The notes under the pieces: model-generated | Database searches by the model: none | Seen by the model: the letters and a program-made list of their open reading frames with translations, nothing else | What the model was told of the DNA's origin: nothing | Translations under genes and position numbers: made by a program | Assembly (NCBI GenBank): GCA_965232515.1 | Contig: CBDDPY010000002.1 | Coordinates: 5,024,001 to 5,088,000 of the forward strand | Source: Alphaproteobacteria bacterium | GTDB taxonomy: Bacteria; Pseudomonadota; Alphaproteobacteria; GCA-2731375 | Length of the DNA stretch: 64,000 nt | Reading direction: 5' to 3' | Part shown: one piece after another, positions 9,173 to 19,678 of the stretch | Layout of the letters: the number at the start of each line of letters is the position of its first letter | How positions within the stretch are numbered: position 1 is the stretch's first letter

Positions 9173-11140
9173 ATGGATCGCAGTTGGATTTGCGGGATCG
9201 CCGCTCTGTGCGCCGCGCTCATCTGCGGCGACGCCTTGGCGCAGCCGGGGCCGATGCAGGCGGTGCTGAACGACGCCGGCCGTTCGACCGACTGGCTGCA
9301 CGTCAACCACGACTATGCCGGACAGCGCTTCGTCGACATCGACCTGATCGACCGCGAGAACGTCGCCGGTCTCGCGCCCGTCTGCCATTTCGAGATCGAA
9401 TTCAAAAAGGCTTTCTATGCGGCCCCGGTCGTCCATGGTGGCGTCCTCTACGTGACGACAACCCTTGAGACGATCGCCCTCGACGCGGCGAGCTGCGAAC
9501 TGCGCTGGCGTCATGTCTGGACGCTGAAGGCCAAGCGCGGCTGGTCGCCGAACCGCGGCGTCGCGCTCAAGGCCGGCCTCGTCGTGCGCGGCACCACTGA
9601 CGGCTATCTGCTGGCGCTCAACGCCGCAAACGGCAAACCGGTCTGGGATCGCCGGATCGCCGACTCGGAAGCCGGCGAAACGCTGACCATGCCGCCGCTG
9701 ATCTTCGAAGATCTGATCCTCATCGCGCCCGCCGGCAGTGAGCACGCCATCAAAGGCTGGGTCGGCGCGTTTCGCTTGGACGACGGCGAACCGGTCTGGC
9801 GCGCCAACGTCGTGCCGGCGGCCGGCGAGCCCGGCGCCGAGACCTGGCGCAACGACCCCGACCGCGTGGTCGGCGGCGGCGGCATCTGGACGCCGCTGTC
9901 GCTCGACATCGAGACCGGCACCGTCTTCGTACCCGTCGGCAATCCGGCGCCCGATTTCTTCGGCGAGGCCCGGCCCGGCGACAATCTTTATACCAACGCT
10001 GTCGTCGCGCTCGACGTCCATACCGGCGAGCGGCGCTGGCACTACCAGACCGTGCCGCACGACATCCATGACTGGGATCTGACCCAATCGAGCCCGATAT
10101 TCTCGGCCACGGTCGATGGCAAGCCGCGCGATCTCGTCGTCAGCGTCGGTAAGGAAGGCGTGCTGCGCGCGCTCGACCGGGACACCGGCGTCCTTGTCTA
10201 CGAGTTGCCGGTGACAACGCAGAAGAACGTTGACAAGCCACTGACCCACGAAGGCGTGCACGCCTGTCCGGGCGTGCTCGGTGGCGTGCAGTGGAACGGA
10301 CCCGCCTACCATCCCGGCCTCGACCTGCTCGTCGTGCCGTCGGTCGATTGGTGCGGGACCTACAACAAGCACATCGACGCCAACTACCGGCCGGGCCAGG
10401 AATATATGGGCGGCGGCTTTCGCTACGATCCGCTCGAAGAGGCGCATGGCTGGCTCACCGCCATCGATGCCGGCACCGGCGCCGTCCGCTGGCGCTACCG
10501 CTCCGACCGTCCCATGCTGGCGGGCGTCACCGCCACGTCGGCCGGCCTGATTTTCACCGGCGAGCTCACCGGCCACGTCCTGGCGCTCGACGCCCGCGAC
10601 GGCACGATGCTCTATCGCCACGACCTCCGCGCGCCGCTCGCCGGCGGCGTCGTCACCTACACGACCGGCGGCCGGCAATACCTGGCCGTCGTCTCCGGCA
10701 CCGCGACAGGCTTCTGGCGCGTTCCCCTCCGGCCGGCGCGAGTCACGGTCTTCGCGCTGGCGGCGCCGGCCTGGCGAGCGGAGCTGATCGCCGACGGCTG
10801 GGTCGAAATCAAACGCAAGCTCACCGACTTCACCGACCACACCTGGTATGGCAGTCGTCATAAGCTCCGCAACACCGAGGGCTGGATCTACTACCTGCGA
10901 CCCGATGGCCGCACCAGCGTGCTCAGATCGCCGGACGGCAAGACCTACATCGACCACCGGCGGGAAGGCGAGGGCGGCCGCATTTGCAGCCGCATCGCCG
11001 GCCTGCGCGGCGGCCGCGAAGTCTGCGGCAACACGCTCTGGCACCGCGGCGACCTCTACATCTTCACCGACCCCACCGGCCAGGTCATCCACGCCTGGAC
11101 CTGGCAGAAAGGCAACCCCGAAGGTTTCGCCCCGGAATAG
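9173..11140 (+). CDS. PQQ-dependent dehydrogenase (ADH-like beta-propeller) with an extra C-terminal domain
   Basis: Signal peptide; NRGVA, GGGGIW, GNPAPDF..RPGDNLYT, WHYQTVPHDIHDWD, CPGVLGG, GRQYLAV. Confidence 0.88.
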   Translation: MDRSWICGIAALCAALICGDALAQPGPMQAVLNDAGRSTDWLHVNHDYAGQRFVDIDLIDRENVAGLAPVCHFEIEFKKAFYAAPVVHGGVLYVTTTLETIALDAASCELRWRHVWTLKAKRGWSPNRGVALKAGLVVRGTTDGYLLALNAANGKPVWDRRIADSEAGETLTMPPLIFEDLILIAPAGSEHAIKGWVGAFRLDDGEPVWRANVVPAAGEPGAETWRNDPDRVVGGGGIWTPLSLDIETGTVFVPVGNPAPDFFGEARPGDNLYTNAVVALDVHTGERRWHYQTVPHDIHDWDLTQSSPIFSATVDGKPRDLVVSVGKEGVLRALDRDTGVLVYELPVTTQKNVDKPLTHEGVHACPGVLGGVQWNGPAYHPGLDLLVVPSVDWCGTYNKHIDANYRPGQEYMGGGFRYDPLEEAHGWLTAIDAGTGAVRWRYRSDRPMLAGVTATSAGLIFTGELTGHVLALDARDGTMLYRHDLRAPLAGGVVTYTTGGRQYLAVVSGTATGFWRVPLRPARVTVFALAAPAWRAELIADGWVEIKRKLTDFTDHTWYGSRHKLRNTEGWIYYLRPDGRTSVLRSPDGKTYIDHRREGEGGRICSRIAGLRGGREVCGNTLWHRGDLYIFTDPTGQVIHAWTWQKGNPEGFAPE

Positions 11141-11155
11141 CCCGGCGCAACCGGC

Positions 11156-11281
11156 CGCGATCGCCTGCCCTTCGAGACACGCCCTTGCGGGCGTTCCTCA
11201 GGGTGAGGTCAGAACTCGATATCGAGTGCCGCCCTCATCCTGAGGAGGGCTGAAAGCCCGTCTCGAAGGATGCGATATCGG
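11156..11281. repeat. REP/RIME-like palindromic element, copy 1
   Basis: CTTCGAGAC..CCTCAGGGTGAGG - spacer - CCTCATCCTGAGGAG..GTCTCGAAG inverted doublet with GCGATATCGG tail. Confidence 0.8.
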
Positions 11282-11305
11282 TCCGCGGCCGCGCCGCCCG
11301 GCCGC

Positions 11306-14284
11306 TCACTCGAGTTCGCGCACCACCCGCAGGCCGGCATGGCGGTCGGTTGCGCCGCCGCTCAGGCCGGCGTTGAGGTGCCGGCCGCGATAGCCGGACT
11401 GGATTGCCGCCGGGCCGTCCGCGGCCGAACCGCCGCGCAGTAGACGCTGTGCGCATTTGCCGCCGCGGTGCGGCGCACCGTAGCGCGGCATGGCCGCGAG
11501 GGTCTCGTTCCAGCAGTCGTCCACCCATTCAGACGCGTTGCCGAGCATGTCGTGAAGGCCGAAGGCGTTGGCCGCGAAGCTGCCGACTGGCGCCGTCTCG
11601 GCGAAGCCGTCGTCGCAGGCATGGATGCCTGCGTCATCGCCACCCCGGCTGCGGTCGGCGACGTTGGCGAAGCGGCAGGCCGTGGCCGGATCGTCGCCCC
11701 AATAGCGCGTCGTGTCGGTGCCGGCGCGCGCGGCGTATTCCCACTCCGCCTCGCTCGGCAGGCGATAGCGCTGGCCGGTCTTTTCCGAGAGCCAGCGCGC
11801 GTAATTCAGTCCCTCCCGCCAATGCACCACGACGACCGGCCGCTTGCCCCGGCCCCAGCCGTTGTCCCGGCCGTCGCGACAGGCGCCGTCTTCGACGCAA
11901 GCCGCCCATTCGTCGAAGGTGACCTCATACTTGCCGATGGCGAACGCGCGCGGGATCGTTACCTCGACGGCCGCCGCGTCCATACCCATGGCAATCCGGC
12001 CCGGCGGCAGCACCACCATCTCCGGGCAATCCGCGCAGTCCCGGATGGTCTGACCGGCTGCGAAACCCGGCGCGGTATGGCCCGTCGCGGCAGCGGCCAG
12101 ATGCGCGCTCGGCACGAAACCGAGCGCCACATCGTCTTGCGCGACCGCCGTCCACTCGCCGTCGGCCGTGCGCAGCGTCGCCGTGACGATGTCGCCGGCC
12201 CGCAGCCGGCCCAGCTTCGGCGCCGCGTCGGTCGGCGCCAGCCGGCGTTCGGTATCGGCGGTCACCACGTGCGCGGCGCCGGAGAGTGCCGTCAACGCCG
12301 CCGGCGTCGCCACATAGGGCGAGGGCGGCGTCGGCAGGCTGCCCGCGGCCGCGACCCGCGCGCCGGCCGGCAGCCGTGCGCCGTCCAGCACGCGCACGAG
12401 CCGAAAACCGATTCCGGCCTGCGGCCGGTCGGCGGCCTGGCCGCGCCGCGCCGTCAGCCGGAGCGCCAACGGACCGTCGGCCCAGCCGCCGCCGCGAACC
12501 GTGCGGCCGCGGCAGTCGGTCGCGTCTCGGGCCGCACCGCTTGACCCGGCGTCGAGATAGTCGTCGTGCCAGCAGTCCGCCACCCATTCCGCCGCGTTGC
12601 CCAGCATGTCGTGCAGGCCAAAGCCGTTCGGCTCGAAGCTGCCGGTCGGTGCCGTGCGGCGAAAGTCGTCCCGGCAGCCGTGCAGTTGCCGTCCCTCGAA
12701 CCAATAGTCGTTCGCGTGCGACAGGTCGGCGCCGTTCGCATGCGCGCAGGCCCGATCGGCGTCATAGCCCCAGGGCCGGGGCGTGACCGCGCCGGCGCGT
12801 GCGGCATACTCCCATTCCGCCTCGCTCGGCAGGCGGTAGCGCTGGCGGGTCTCGCGGCTCAGCCATTGGGCGTATTGTCGGGCCGTGCGCCAGCTCACGC
12901 AGACCACGGGGTCGGCGTTCGACTGGTCGAAGCCGGGAAATTGCCGGCCGAAGGCCCGTTCGCGCCAGCCGCCGTCGGCCCAGACCGAACACCAGGGATC
13001 GCGGACGCCGCCCTGCGCTTCGGCGAAGCGCTCGAACTCGGCCCGGCTGACTTCGTATTTCGCCATCGCGAAGGCCGCGCCGACGACCACGTCGTGCTGC
13101 GGCCGCTCCTCGGGGCCGGCCTCCGGCAGGTCCGGGGCGGCGCCCATGGCGAACCGGCCGGGCGGGATCACCACCATCTCCGGACAATCGTCGCAATCTC
13201 GGAAGCCGGTCCCGGCGGTGAGCCCGCTGTCGTCGCGCGCCGTCACGCCGGCCGATGGCGTCGTCGGCCGGTTCAGCGCGGCGAGCCGAATGCGCGCCAG
13301 TGCCGCGAAGGTGCCGTCGGGAAACTGCGTCAGGTAGGCCTCGAAATCGGCCGGCCGGTCGCTGTTCTGGATCGTCTGCCAGAACGCCGTCTCCAGCGCC
13401 GCGCGCCCGGCCGGGTCCGTGGGCGTCGCCGGAACCGCCGCTGTCTCCGTCTCGTCCGCAGCGCCCGGCAGGCGCTGGCCCTGCGGCACGAACAGGAACT
13501 CGCCGCCCTCGTGCCCGGCCTTGCGGATGTCGGAATAGGCGGGCGTCTGATCGGCGTTGACGACGACGCCGCGGCTGATCCGGCCGAAGAGGGCGCTGCC
13601 CTCGATGATCTCGGCGTTCGCCCTGAGCGCTTTCAGCAGCGCGCCCGCGAACACCGAATGGCCGCCGCCGCCCGCGTCCACCACCGGCTCCAGCCCGCCC
13701 GATGTGATCGCCGTGCGCGAGCGGATCTCGGCCATGCGCGTCAGCCAGGCGTTGCGCTCGCGGCCCGTCGCGGGCGCTGCCTGCGCGTCGCGCACCAGCG
13801 TCCCGGAATAGCAGGAATCGGCGATCACCATCACGTGCCGCGCCGTCATGCCGCGCAGATGCCGGCTGATAGCCTCGTTCGGCACCCAGTTCAGGTCGCT
13901 GTCCGGCTCGGCGTCGACCGGCAGCCAGTAGCCGGTGTCGGTCGCGCGGTCGAGCGTGCCGTGACCGGCGTAATAAACCAGCAGGTTGTCGTTCTCGGTC
14001 AGCTCGGCCCGGAAACGGTTGAAGGCGCGCAGGATGTCGGCCCGCGTCGCGTCCTTCAGCAACGTGACGGTATAGCCGTACTTCTCCCGCAACAGCTCGG
14101 CCATGGCCGTCGCGTCATTGACCGCCGTTTCCAGCTTCGGCAGGTGCTGGTAGTCGTTGTTGCCGATGACCAGCGCATGGTAGCGCCCGAAGTCGTTCGC
14201 CGCGGACGCGCCCGCCGACAGCAGCGCGACGGCCACAGCCAGACACCGCACCGCCCGCAACCACCGTCGGTTTCCGCAATACAT
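11306..14284 (-). CDS. Exported peptidase C14 (caspase-like) + FGE-sulfatase + SH3-like + FGE-sulfatase fusion
   Basis: Signal peptide; ALVIGNNDY, YYAGHG, IADSCYSG dyad; two copies of CPEMVV.P.G / YRLPSEAEWEYAARAG / FGLHDMLGN..EWV.DCW. Confidence 0.9.
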   Translation of the reverse strand: MYCGNRRWLRAVRCLAVAVALLSAGASAANDFGRYHALVIGNNDYQHLPKLETAVNDATAMAELLREKYGYTVTLLKDATRADILRAFNRFRAELTENDNLLVYYAGHGTLDRATDTGYWLPVDAEPDSDLNWVPNEAISRHLRGMTARHVMVIADSCYSGTLVRDAQAAPATGRERNAWLTRMAEIRSRTAITSGGLEPVVDAGGGGHSVFAGALLKALRANAEIIEGSALFGRISRGVVVNADQTPAYSDIRKAGHEGGEFLFVPQGQRLPGAADETETAAVPATPTDPAGRAALETAFWQTIQNSDRPADFEAYLTQFPDGTFAALARIRLAALNRPTTPSAGVTARDDSGLTAGTGFRDCDDCPEMVVIPPGRFAMGAAPDLPEAGPEERPQHDVVVGAAFAMAKYEVSRAEFERFAEAQGGVRDPWCSVWADGGWRERAFGRQFPGFDQSNADPVVCVSWRTARQYAQWLSRETRQRYRLPSEAEWEYAARAGAVTPRPWGYDADRACAHANGADLSHANDYWFEGRQLHGCRDDFRRTAPTGSFEPNGFGLHDMLGNAAEWVADCWHDDYLDAGSSGAARDATDCRGRTVRGGGWADGPLALRLTARRGQAADRPQAGIGFRLVRVLDGARLPAGARVAAAGSLPTPPSPYVATPAALTALSGAAHVVTADTERRLAPTDAAPKLGRLRAGDIVTATLRTADGEWTAVAQDDVALGFVPSAHLAAAATGHTAPGFAAGQTIRDCADCPEMVVLPPGRIAMGMDAAAVEVTIPRAFAIGKYEVTFDEWAACVEDGACRDGRDNGWGRGKRPVVVVHWREGLNYARWLSEKTGQRYRLPSEAEWEYAARAGTDTTRYWGDDPATACRFANVADRSRGGDDAGIHACDDGFAETAPVGSFAANAFGLHDMLGNASEWVDDCWNETLAAMPRYGAPHRGGKCAQRLLRGGSAADGPAAIQSGYRGRHLNAGLSGGATDRHAGLRVVRELE

Positions 14285-14355
14285 GCCGGAAGTGTAGCTG
14301 TTTCGTCTCCACGCTCAATGGCACGAATACGACTGCGAAGCGGTTCTAGTCGGCG

Positions 14356-14480
14356 CGCGATCGCCAGCCTTCGAGACGCGGCTTCGCCGCTCCTCAGGCT
14401 GAGGCATGCTTTGGTATCAACTCACGGCCTCATGCTGAGGAGCGGTCCGCTGGACCGCGTCTCGACGCATGCGATATCGG
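14356..14480. repeat. REP/RIME-like palindromic element, copy 2
   Basis: Same architecture and same flanks (CGCGATCGCC ... TGCGATATCGG) as 11156-11281. Confidence 0.8.
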
Positions 14481-14634
14481 GCGCGGGCTGTGCCATCCGG
14501 CCGCCCCAGGCCGCGACTGCGGCCCGCCGGTCGTCCGGCCCGTCCTCCGCAGCAGCGGCGCTGCCGCTGCGGAGGGTGGACGCGCCCGCGCAGGCGCGGA
14601 CCGTCAGGTCCGCTGTCGTGAGCGCAAAAAGACG

Positions 14635-16161
14635 CTATTCGTAGACGAGCGTCCCATCTTCCAGGTCGGCGGCGGGGATCTCGGTCTTTTCGGTCTCGTA
14701 GTCCTGGCTGAAGATCCAGGGCTCGCGGTCGCCCTGCTTCGGCATCAGGTGCATCTTGCGCACGAGGTAACCGGCGTTGAAGTTCTCGTCCTCGATGAAC
14801 GGCTTCGCCGGCATGTCTTTGTCTTCCTCGCGCAATTGCGGCACCACCATCCGGGCGCCCTTGGCGTCCATGTGGTTCAGCAGCCGGCAGACGAATTCCG
14901 AGACCATGTCGGCCCGCATGGTCCAGCTCGCGCGCAGATAGCCGAACACCCAGGCCATGTTCGGGATGCCCGTGAACATGATGCCGCGATGGCCCCAGCA
15001 GTCGGCGAAGTTCAGCCGCTCGCCGTCGATGACGAAGTCGATATCGCCCAGTGCCGACATGTTGAAGCCGGTGGCCGTGACGATGATGTCGGCATCCAGG
15101 TGCTGGCCCGAGGCGAGCTGGATGCCCGTCTCGGTGAAGCTCTCGATCTGGTCCGTCACCACCGAGGCCTTGCCGGCCCGCATGGCTTTGAACAGGTCGC
15201 CGTCCGGCACCACGGCCAGACGCTGCCGCCAGGGCCGGTAGCTCGGCGTGAAATGCGTCTCGATGTCGAAGTCGTCGCCCAGATAGGCGCGCGCGCCGGC
15301 GATCAGTTCCTGGCGCAGCGCGTCAGGCTCCTCGAACGACCGGCGAATAACGGTGTTCTGATCGAACAGGATCTTGCGCCGGACGATCTCGTGCGTCCAT
15401 TCGTCGGGCACGTCCAGCTCGCGCAGCATGTCCGCGACCTCGTTGCTGTTCGGCCGCGGGTAAAAATACGTCGGCGAGCGCTGCAGCATGGTGACATGCG
15501 CGCAATCGCCGGCCATGGCCGGGATCATCGTCGCCGCCGTCGCGCCCGAGCCGATGACGACGACGTTCTTGTCCTTGTAGTCCAGATCCTCGGGCCAGGT
15601 CTGCGGGTGCACCACCGGTCCCTTGAACCGGTCCCTGCCTGGGAAGTCCGGCGTATAGCCCTCCGAATGCCGGTAATAGCCCTGGCACATCCACAGGAAG
15701 TCGCCGGTGAAGCGCTGGACCTCGTCGCCGCCGCCGTTTTCGCCCGTGCGTCGCACCTCCAGCGTCCAGCGTTTGTCTTCGCCCGACCAGTTCGCGGTCA
15801 TTACCTGGTGGCTGTAGCGGATGTGCCGGCGGATATCCTGCTCGTCCAGCGCCTCGTCGAGGTATTTCAGGATCTCTTCGGCCGTGGCGATCGGCACGCC
15901 CTTCCAGGGCTTCCACTTGTAGCCGAAGGTGAACAGGTCGCTGTCCGAGCGGATGCCCGGAAACTTGTGCGTGCGCCAGGTCCCGCCGAAGCCGTCTTGC
16001 GTCTCCAGCAGCACGAAGCGCCGCTCCGGGCACTGCTGCTGCAGGTGATAGGCCGCATCGATCCCGGAAATCCCGGCCCCGACGATCAGCACATCGAAAT
16101 GCTCGGCCGCCTGGTCCACCGCTTGCGCCGCACCCGGCTGCGTCTCCACGCCAATATTCAT
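14635..16161 (-). CDS. Flavin-containing Baeyer-Villiger monooxygenase, EthA-like
   Basis: GAGISG, GGTW..PGIRSDSD, FKGPVVHPQTWP fingerprint, GSGATA, MLQRSPTY. Confidence 0.92.
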   Translation of the reverse strand: MNIGVETQPGAAQAVDQAAEHFDVLIVGAGISGIDAAYHLQQQCPERRFVLLETQDGFGGTWRTHKFPGIRSDSDLFTFGYKWKPWKGVPIATAEEILKYLDEALDEQDIRRHIRYSHQVMTANWSGEDKRWTLEVRRTGENGGGDEVQRFTGDFLWMCQGYYRHSEGYTPDFPGRDRFKGPVVHPQTWPEDLDYKDKNVVVIGSGATAATMIPAMAGDCAHVTMLQRSPTYFYPRPNSNEVADMLRELDVPDEWTHEIVRRKILFDQNTVIRRSFEEPDALRQELIAGARAYLGDDFDIETHFTPSYRPWRQRLAVVPDGDLFKAMRAGKASVVTDQIESFTETGIQLASGQHLDADIIVTATGFNMSALGDIDFVIDGERLNFADCWGHRGIMFTGIPNMAWVFGYLRASWTMRADMVSEFVCRLLNHMDAKGARMVVPQLREEDKDMPAKPFIEDENFNAGYLVRKMHLMPKQGDREPWIFSQDYETEKTEIPAADLEDGTLVYE

Positions 16162-16424
16162 CGACCCCTCAGCCCTCTCTCGCCGTCACACCGACCGCCG
16201 CCCCGCGTCAGGGCAGCGGTGATGACGGAGTATACCGGAGAATCCGTCAGGCAGGCCTGCGACAAAGACGACCGGCGGCGGTCACACGGCAGACTCTCTG
16301 TGATCCCGTTCATAGAACGCGCCACCGCCCAGGGCTTTGCTGTTAACCACGAATATGTTGGCCGCCGGCGCGGCGATCCGAACCGCGACGCAGGCGGCCG
16401 CCGGTTATCGGGAAGGAGTAAGCC

Positions 16425-18440
16425 ATGGACACTACGCGCGCGACCGCGGCATCCGCATCGAAATGTTTACGCCGGCCGGTCCGGATCCTCGCAGCGGTGC
16501 TGGCGGCCGGCCTCGCGATCCCGGCCATGGCGCAGCAGGGCGCGACCCGCACGAAAGATATCAACGCCATCGTTTTCCAGGAGCGGGTCAAGGCGGCGGT
16601 CGACGGCCGCGTCAAGGGCTATGCCTTCGTCATCGCCGATCGCAGCGGCGTCGAGGTCAAGGTCTCCGGCGGCATGGCGCAGGCGCGCGGCGACGGCGAT
16701 ATCGCCATGAAGACCTTCGTCCCCAGCGGCACCGGTTCGGTCGCCAAGGTGATCTCCGGCGTCGCGCTCCTGCACCTGCTCGAACAGCGCAAGGTGATGA
16801 ACGCCTCGGTGCAGCGACAGCTCGACGTGCCGATCTGGGCGCATCTGCCCGACGGCTGGCGCCGCGCCTATAGGGGGCGGAATCTGGAAAGGATCACCTT
16901 CCGCCAGCTGCTGCAGCACAAGTCCGGCATCCGCATCGGCGACGGCGGGGTGCCGGATGACTGGCCAGGCATCAAGATCAGCTATGTGCTCGATCAAGGC
17001 GTGAATGCCGGCAATGTCGGTGGCCGGTCCTACAACAACTTCAACTTCACCCTGCTGCTCTACCTGATCCCGGCGCTCGCCTATCCGAACCAGGTCGGCG
17101 AGATCGAGGCGGAAAACGCCGACCTGTCCGAGCATGACTATGCCAAGGCGATCACGCCGGCCTACGGCGCGCTCTATGAGAAATATCTGCGCGAGGTGAT
17201 CTTCCCGAAGACCGGCGCGCCGATCCAGCCGACCTGCCGGCCGCTCGACGAGATCGCGTCCGGCCGCTACGCCAAACATTACGCCAACCGCAATGCGACG
17301 CGGGGCGACACCATCAACTCGAACTTCTGCCGCTCGCAGGGTGCCTGGTACTACTCGGCGCAGGATCTCGCCCAGTTCGCCCGCAGCTTTGCGCTGACGA
17401 ACAACCTGTTGAGCGCCGCCACCCGCAACGCGCTCTACGATCCCGCCGACGGCGACGCGCGGATGGTCTATTCGCGGGTTATCTCCAATGCCGGTTTCCA
17501 GCGCGATATCGGCCAGGGGAACGTCGCCTATCACGGCGGCACCCAGAGCGGCTATCGCGCCGCCCTCGTGCGCCTGCCGTTCGGTTATGTCGGCACCGGC
17601 ATGACCAACAGCGGCGAATTGTCGTCGCAGCGGCTGGCCCAGATCATCCTCGACGCGTTCTACGACGCCACCAGCGACGTGGCGCTGTCCCGCGCCCATC
17701 ACGGCCTGACGCCGGCCCGTTACCAGCAGATGGTCAGCGAGTTCGAGGAAAGCGGCAGCATGGTCGACTAGGTCGACTTCTACAATGTCCGCGGCAAGAC
17801 CTTCGTCAATCTGATCCTGCGGCCCCGGCGGTCGGACTGGCTGCTGCGCCACGGCCTCACCGGCGCGCAGTATCAGCGCCTCTACGACCGCCACGTCAAG
17901 AACGGGCGCTTCAAGCTGCGCCAGGTCGACAGCTATCTGCGGGACGGCCGGGTCGCCTACGCCGCGCTGCTGGTCGCCGGCGCAAGCGCCAACATGCCGG
18001 CCTACCACGGCGTCGACGCCGCCACTCACAACAGGAGATTCCGGGACCTGACGTCGCGCGGTTTCGTGCCGGTCAACATCTCGGTCGTGTCGGTCAACGG
18101 CGGGCCGCGCTATACGGCCTTCTATGAAAAGCGCAACACGCGGGGCCTGTGGGTGAAGTCGCTGCTCGACGGCCGCGGCTATCAGGACGCGGTCGACGCG
18201 CGCCGCCGCGACAAGATGGAGCTCGCCTATGTCAACACCTACCGGCACGAGGGCAAGCTGCGCTACTCGGTGATCTTCTACGGCAACATCAACAAGTCGC
18301 AGGTCCTGCGCCACGGCATGGGCCCGCGCAAGTATCAAAACGAGTTCGACACCCATGTCGGCAACGGCTTCGGCCTGAAAATGATCACCGGCGGCGGCCA
18401 TGCCGGTAAACACCGCTACGCCGCCGTCTGGCAGCGCTAG
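16425..18440 (+). pseudogene. Exported serine hydrolase (beta-lactamase fold) + C-terminal tandem repeats, interrupted by in-frame TAG at 17769-17771
   Basis: SVAK, LLQHKSG, YNN and HGG motifs; frame stays open after the TAG to 18440 with repeated HGLT..YQ / YAA.W units; strong AAGGAG RBS. Confidence 0.8.
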
Positions 18441-18817
18441 GCAGTGCGGCGGGCCAAAATCCACAGCAGCAGATAGCCGGCGCCGAACAGCCCGGCGCCG
18501 GCGATCAGCGCATTCGAGACCGCGCCCTCGAAACCGTAGAGCGGCGCGTCCGCCAGCCGCACGTGCAGCCCGGCATGCACGACCAGAAAGCCGCAGACCA
18601 GCAGTCGGAAGCCGTCGCGCAGCCGCGTATTGCCGTGATGGCTCAGCCATAGGAACAAAAAGAACATCGGCAGGTGCAACAGCAGGAACGCCGTGTAGGC
18701 CGTCGCCTCCGGCAGCGTCCGCAACACGTAGAGCAGCCGCCACTCCGCCGCCATCACCGCATCCATCTCGTGCACGAACAAAGCCGTCAGCCCGAGGTAA
18801 TAGACGATGTTCCGCAT
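18437..18817 (-). CDS. Small membrane protein (DUF6713-like)
   Basis: HEMDAV..EWRLL, four TM segments with conserved-looking His residues. Confidence 0.75.
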   Translation of the reverse strand: MRNIVYYLGLTALFVHEMDAVMAAEWRLLYVLRTLPEATAYTAFLLLHLPMFFLFLWLSHHGNTRLRDGFRLLVCGFLVVHAGLHVRLADAPLYGFEGAVSNALIAGAGLFGAGYLLLWILARRTA

Positions 18818-19231
18818 GGCCGACCTCCACGCTCACCTGGTCGATGGACGGGGATATTCGGCCACCTACGCCGGAAGACAATTACCTCGCGCGTAAGCGG
18901 ATCTTGGAAGCGACGACCCGAGTTCGGCCACCGGCCGCGATCCGGCGAAACCGCATAAAGGTCATGCGGTCCTGCATGACGTGGGGATGTCGGCGCGAAA
19001 ACGGCGAAAGACCGCGGTTTCGGACTTGGAACCGGCGCATCGGACGGCGGCCGCCGCCCGCCCGGCCACGGCGTCCCGTGAACCGGATCACAACCGCCGC
19101 CGCGCCGCGTCCATAGGTTCTCGTCCGTTGATGGCGGGCGTTGCGGTCCGGGTTTCCGGGCAATCTCAGCGGCCGTGTCAGCAAGACGGAGTGGGGATCA
19201 ACCTTTGGCTCTGACAGTAGAGGAGGGCATC

Positions 19232-19588
19232 GTGGCCCGATCCGATTTCAACATGGTTCACATCAACCACAAGTTCACTTCCGGCGCGCCGGTGAAGAGC
19301 GCCAACTTCCCCATCGAAGGCAACAAGGCGCCGGTCGACGACGCCTACCTGATCCTGCAGGTGCAGGGCGTGGCGTCGATCCATTCGATCTTCATCAACG
19401 ACGAGCATATCGGCGGCGTGGCGCTCGCGGCGGCGCCCGGCAATTCGCAGGCCTGGCGCATGGGCATGGCGCATATCCGGCCCGGCCTCCTGCATTCCGG
19501 CACCAACTCGATCCGCATCAACCGCCACCCCACCACCGACGACGACTTCCGCGTCAACTGGGTCGTCGTCAACTGGCGCGAGAACTGA
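19232..19588 (+). CDS. Small all-beta hypothetical protein
   Basis: GAGGAGGG RBS before GTG; L..GTNSIRI and DDFRVNWVVVNWRE. Confidence 0.8.
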   Translation: MARSDFNMVHINHKFTSGAPVKSANFPIEGNKAPVDDAYLILQVQGVASIHSIFINDEHIGGVALAAAPGNSQAWRMGMAHIRPGLLHSGTNSIRINRHPTTDDDFRVNWVVVNWREN

Positions 19589-19678
19589 TCGTCAAACAAC
19601 GAGCAATGTGTTGACAGCCGCGACCGGGTAGCCACTCGGTCGCGGTTTTGCTTTCCGCGCCTCGCGGAGTCGGCGGCC

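Noticed and set aside
11306-14284. Diversity-generating retroelement target (FGE/CLec domains)
   Set aside because: No reverse transcriptase and no template/variable repeat pair differing only at adenines in the window
17769-17771. Pyrrolysine or genome-wide TAG recoding
   Set aside because: TAG ends many ordinary genes here (ffh, leuC, ftsY, ddl), no pyl genes are visible, and TGG>TAG explains it with one change
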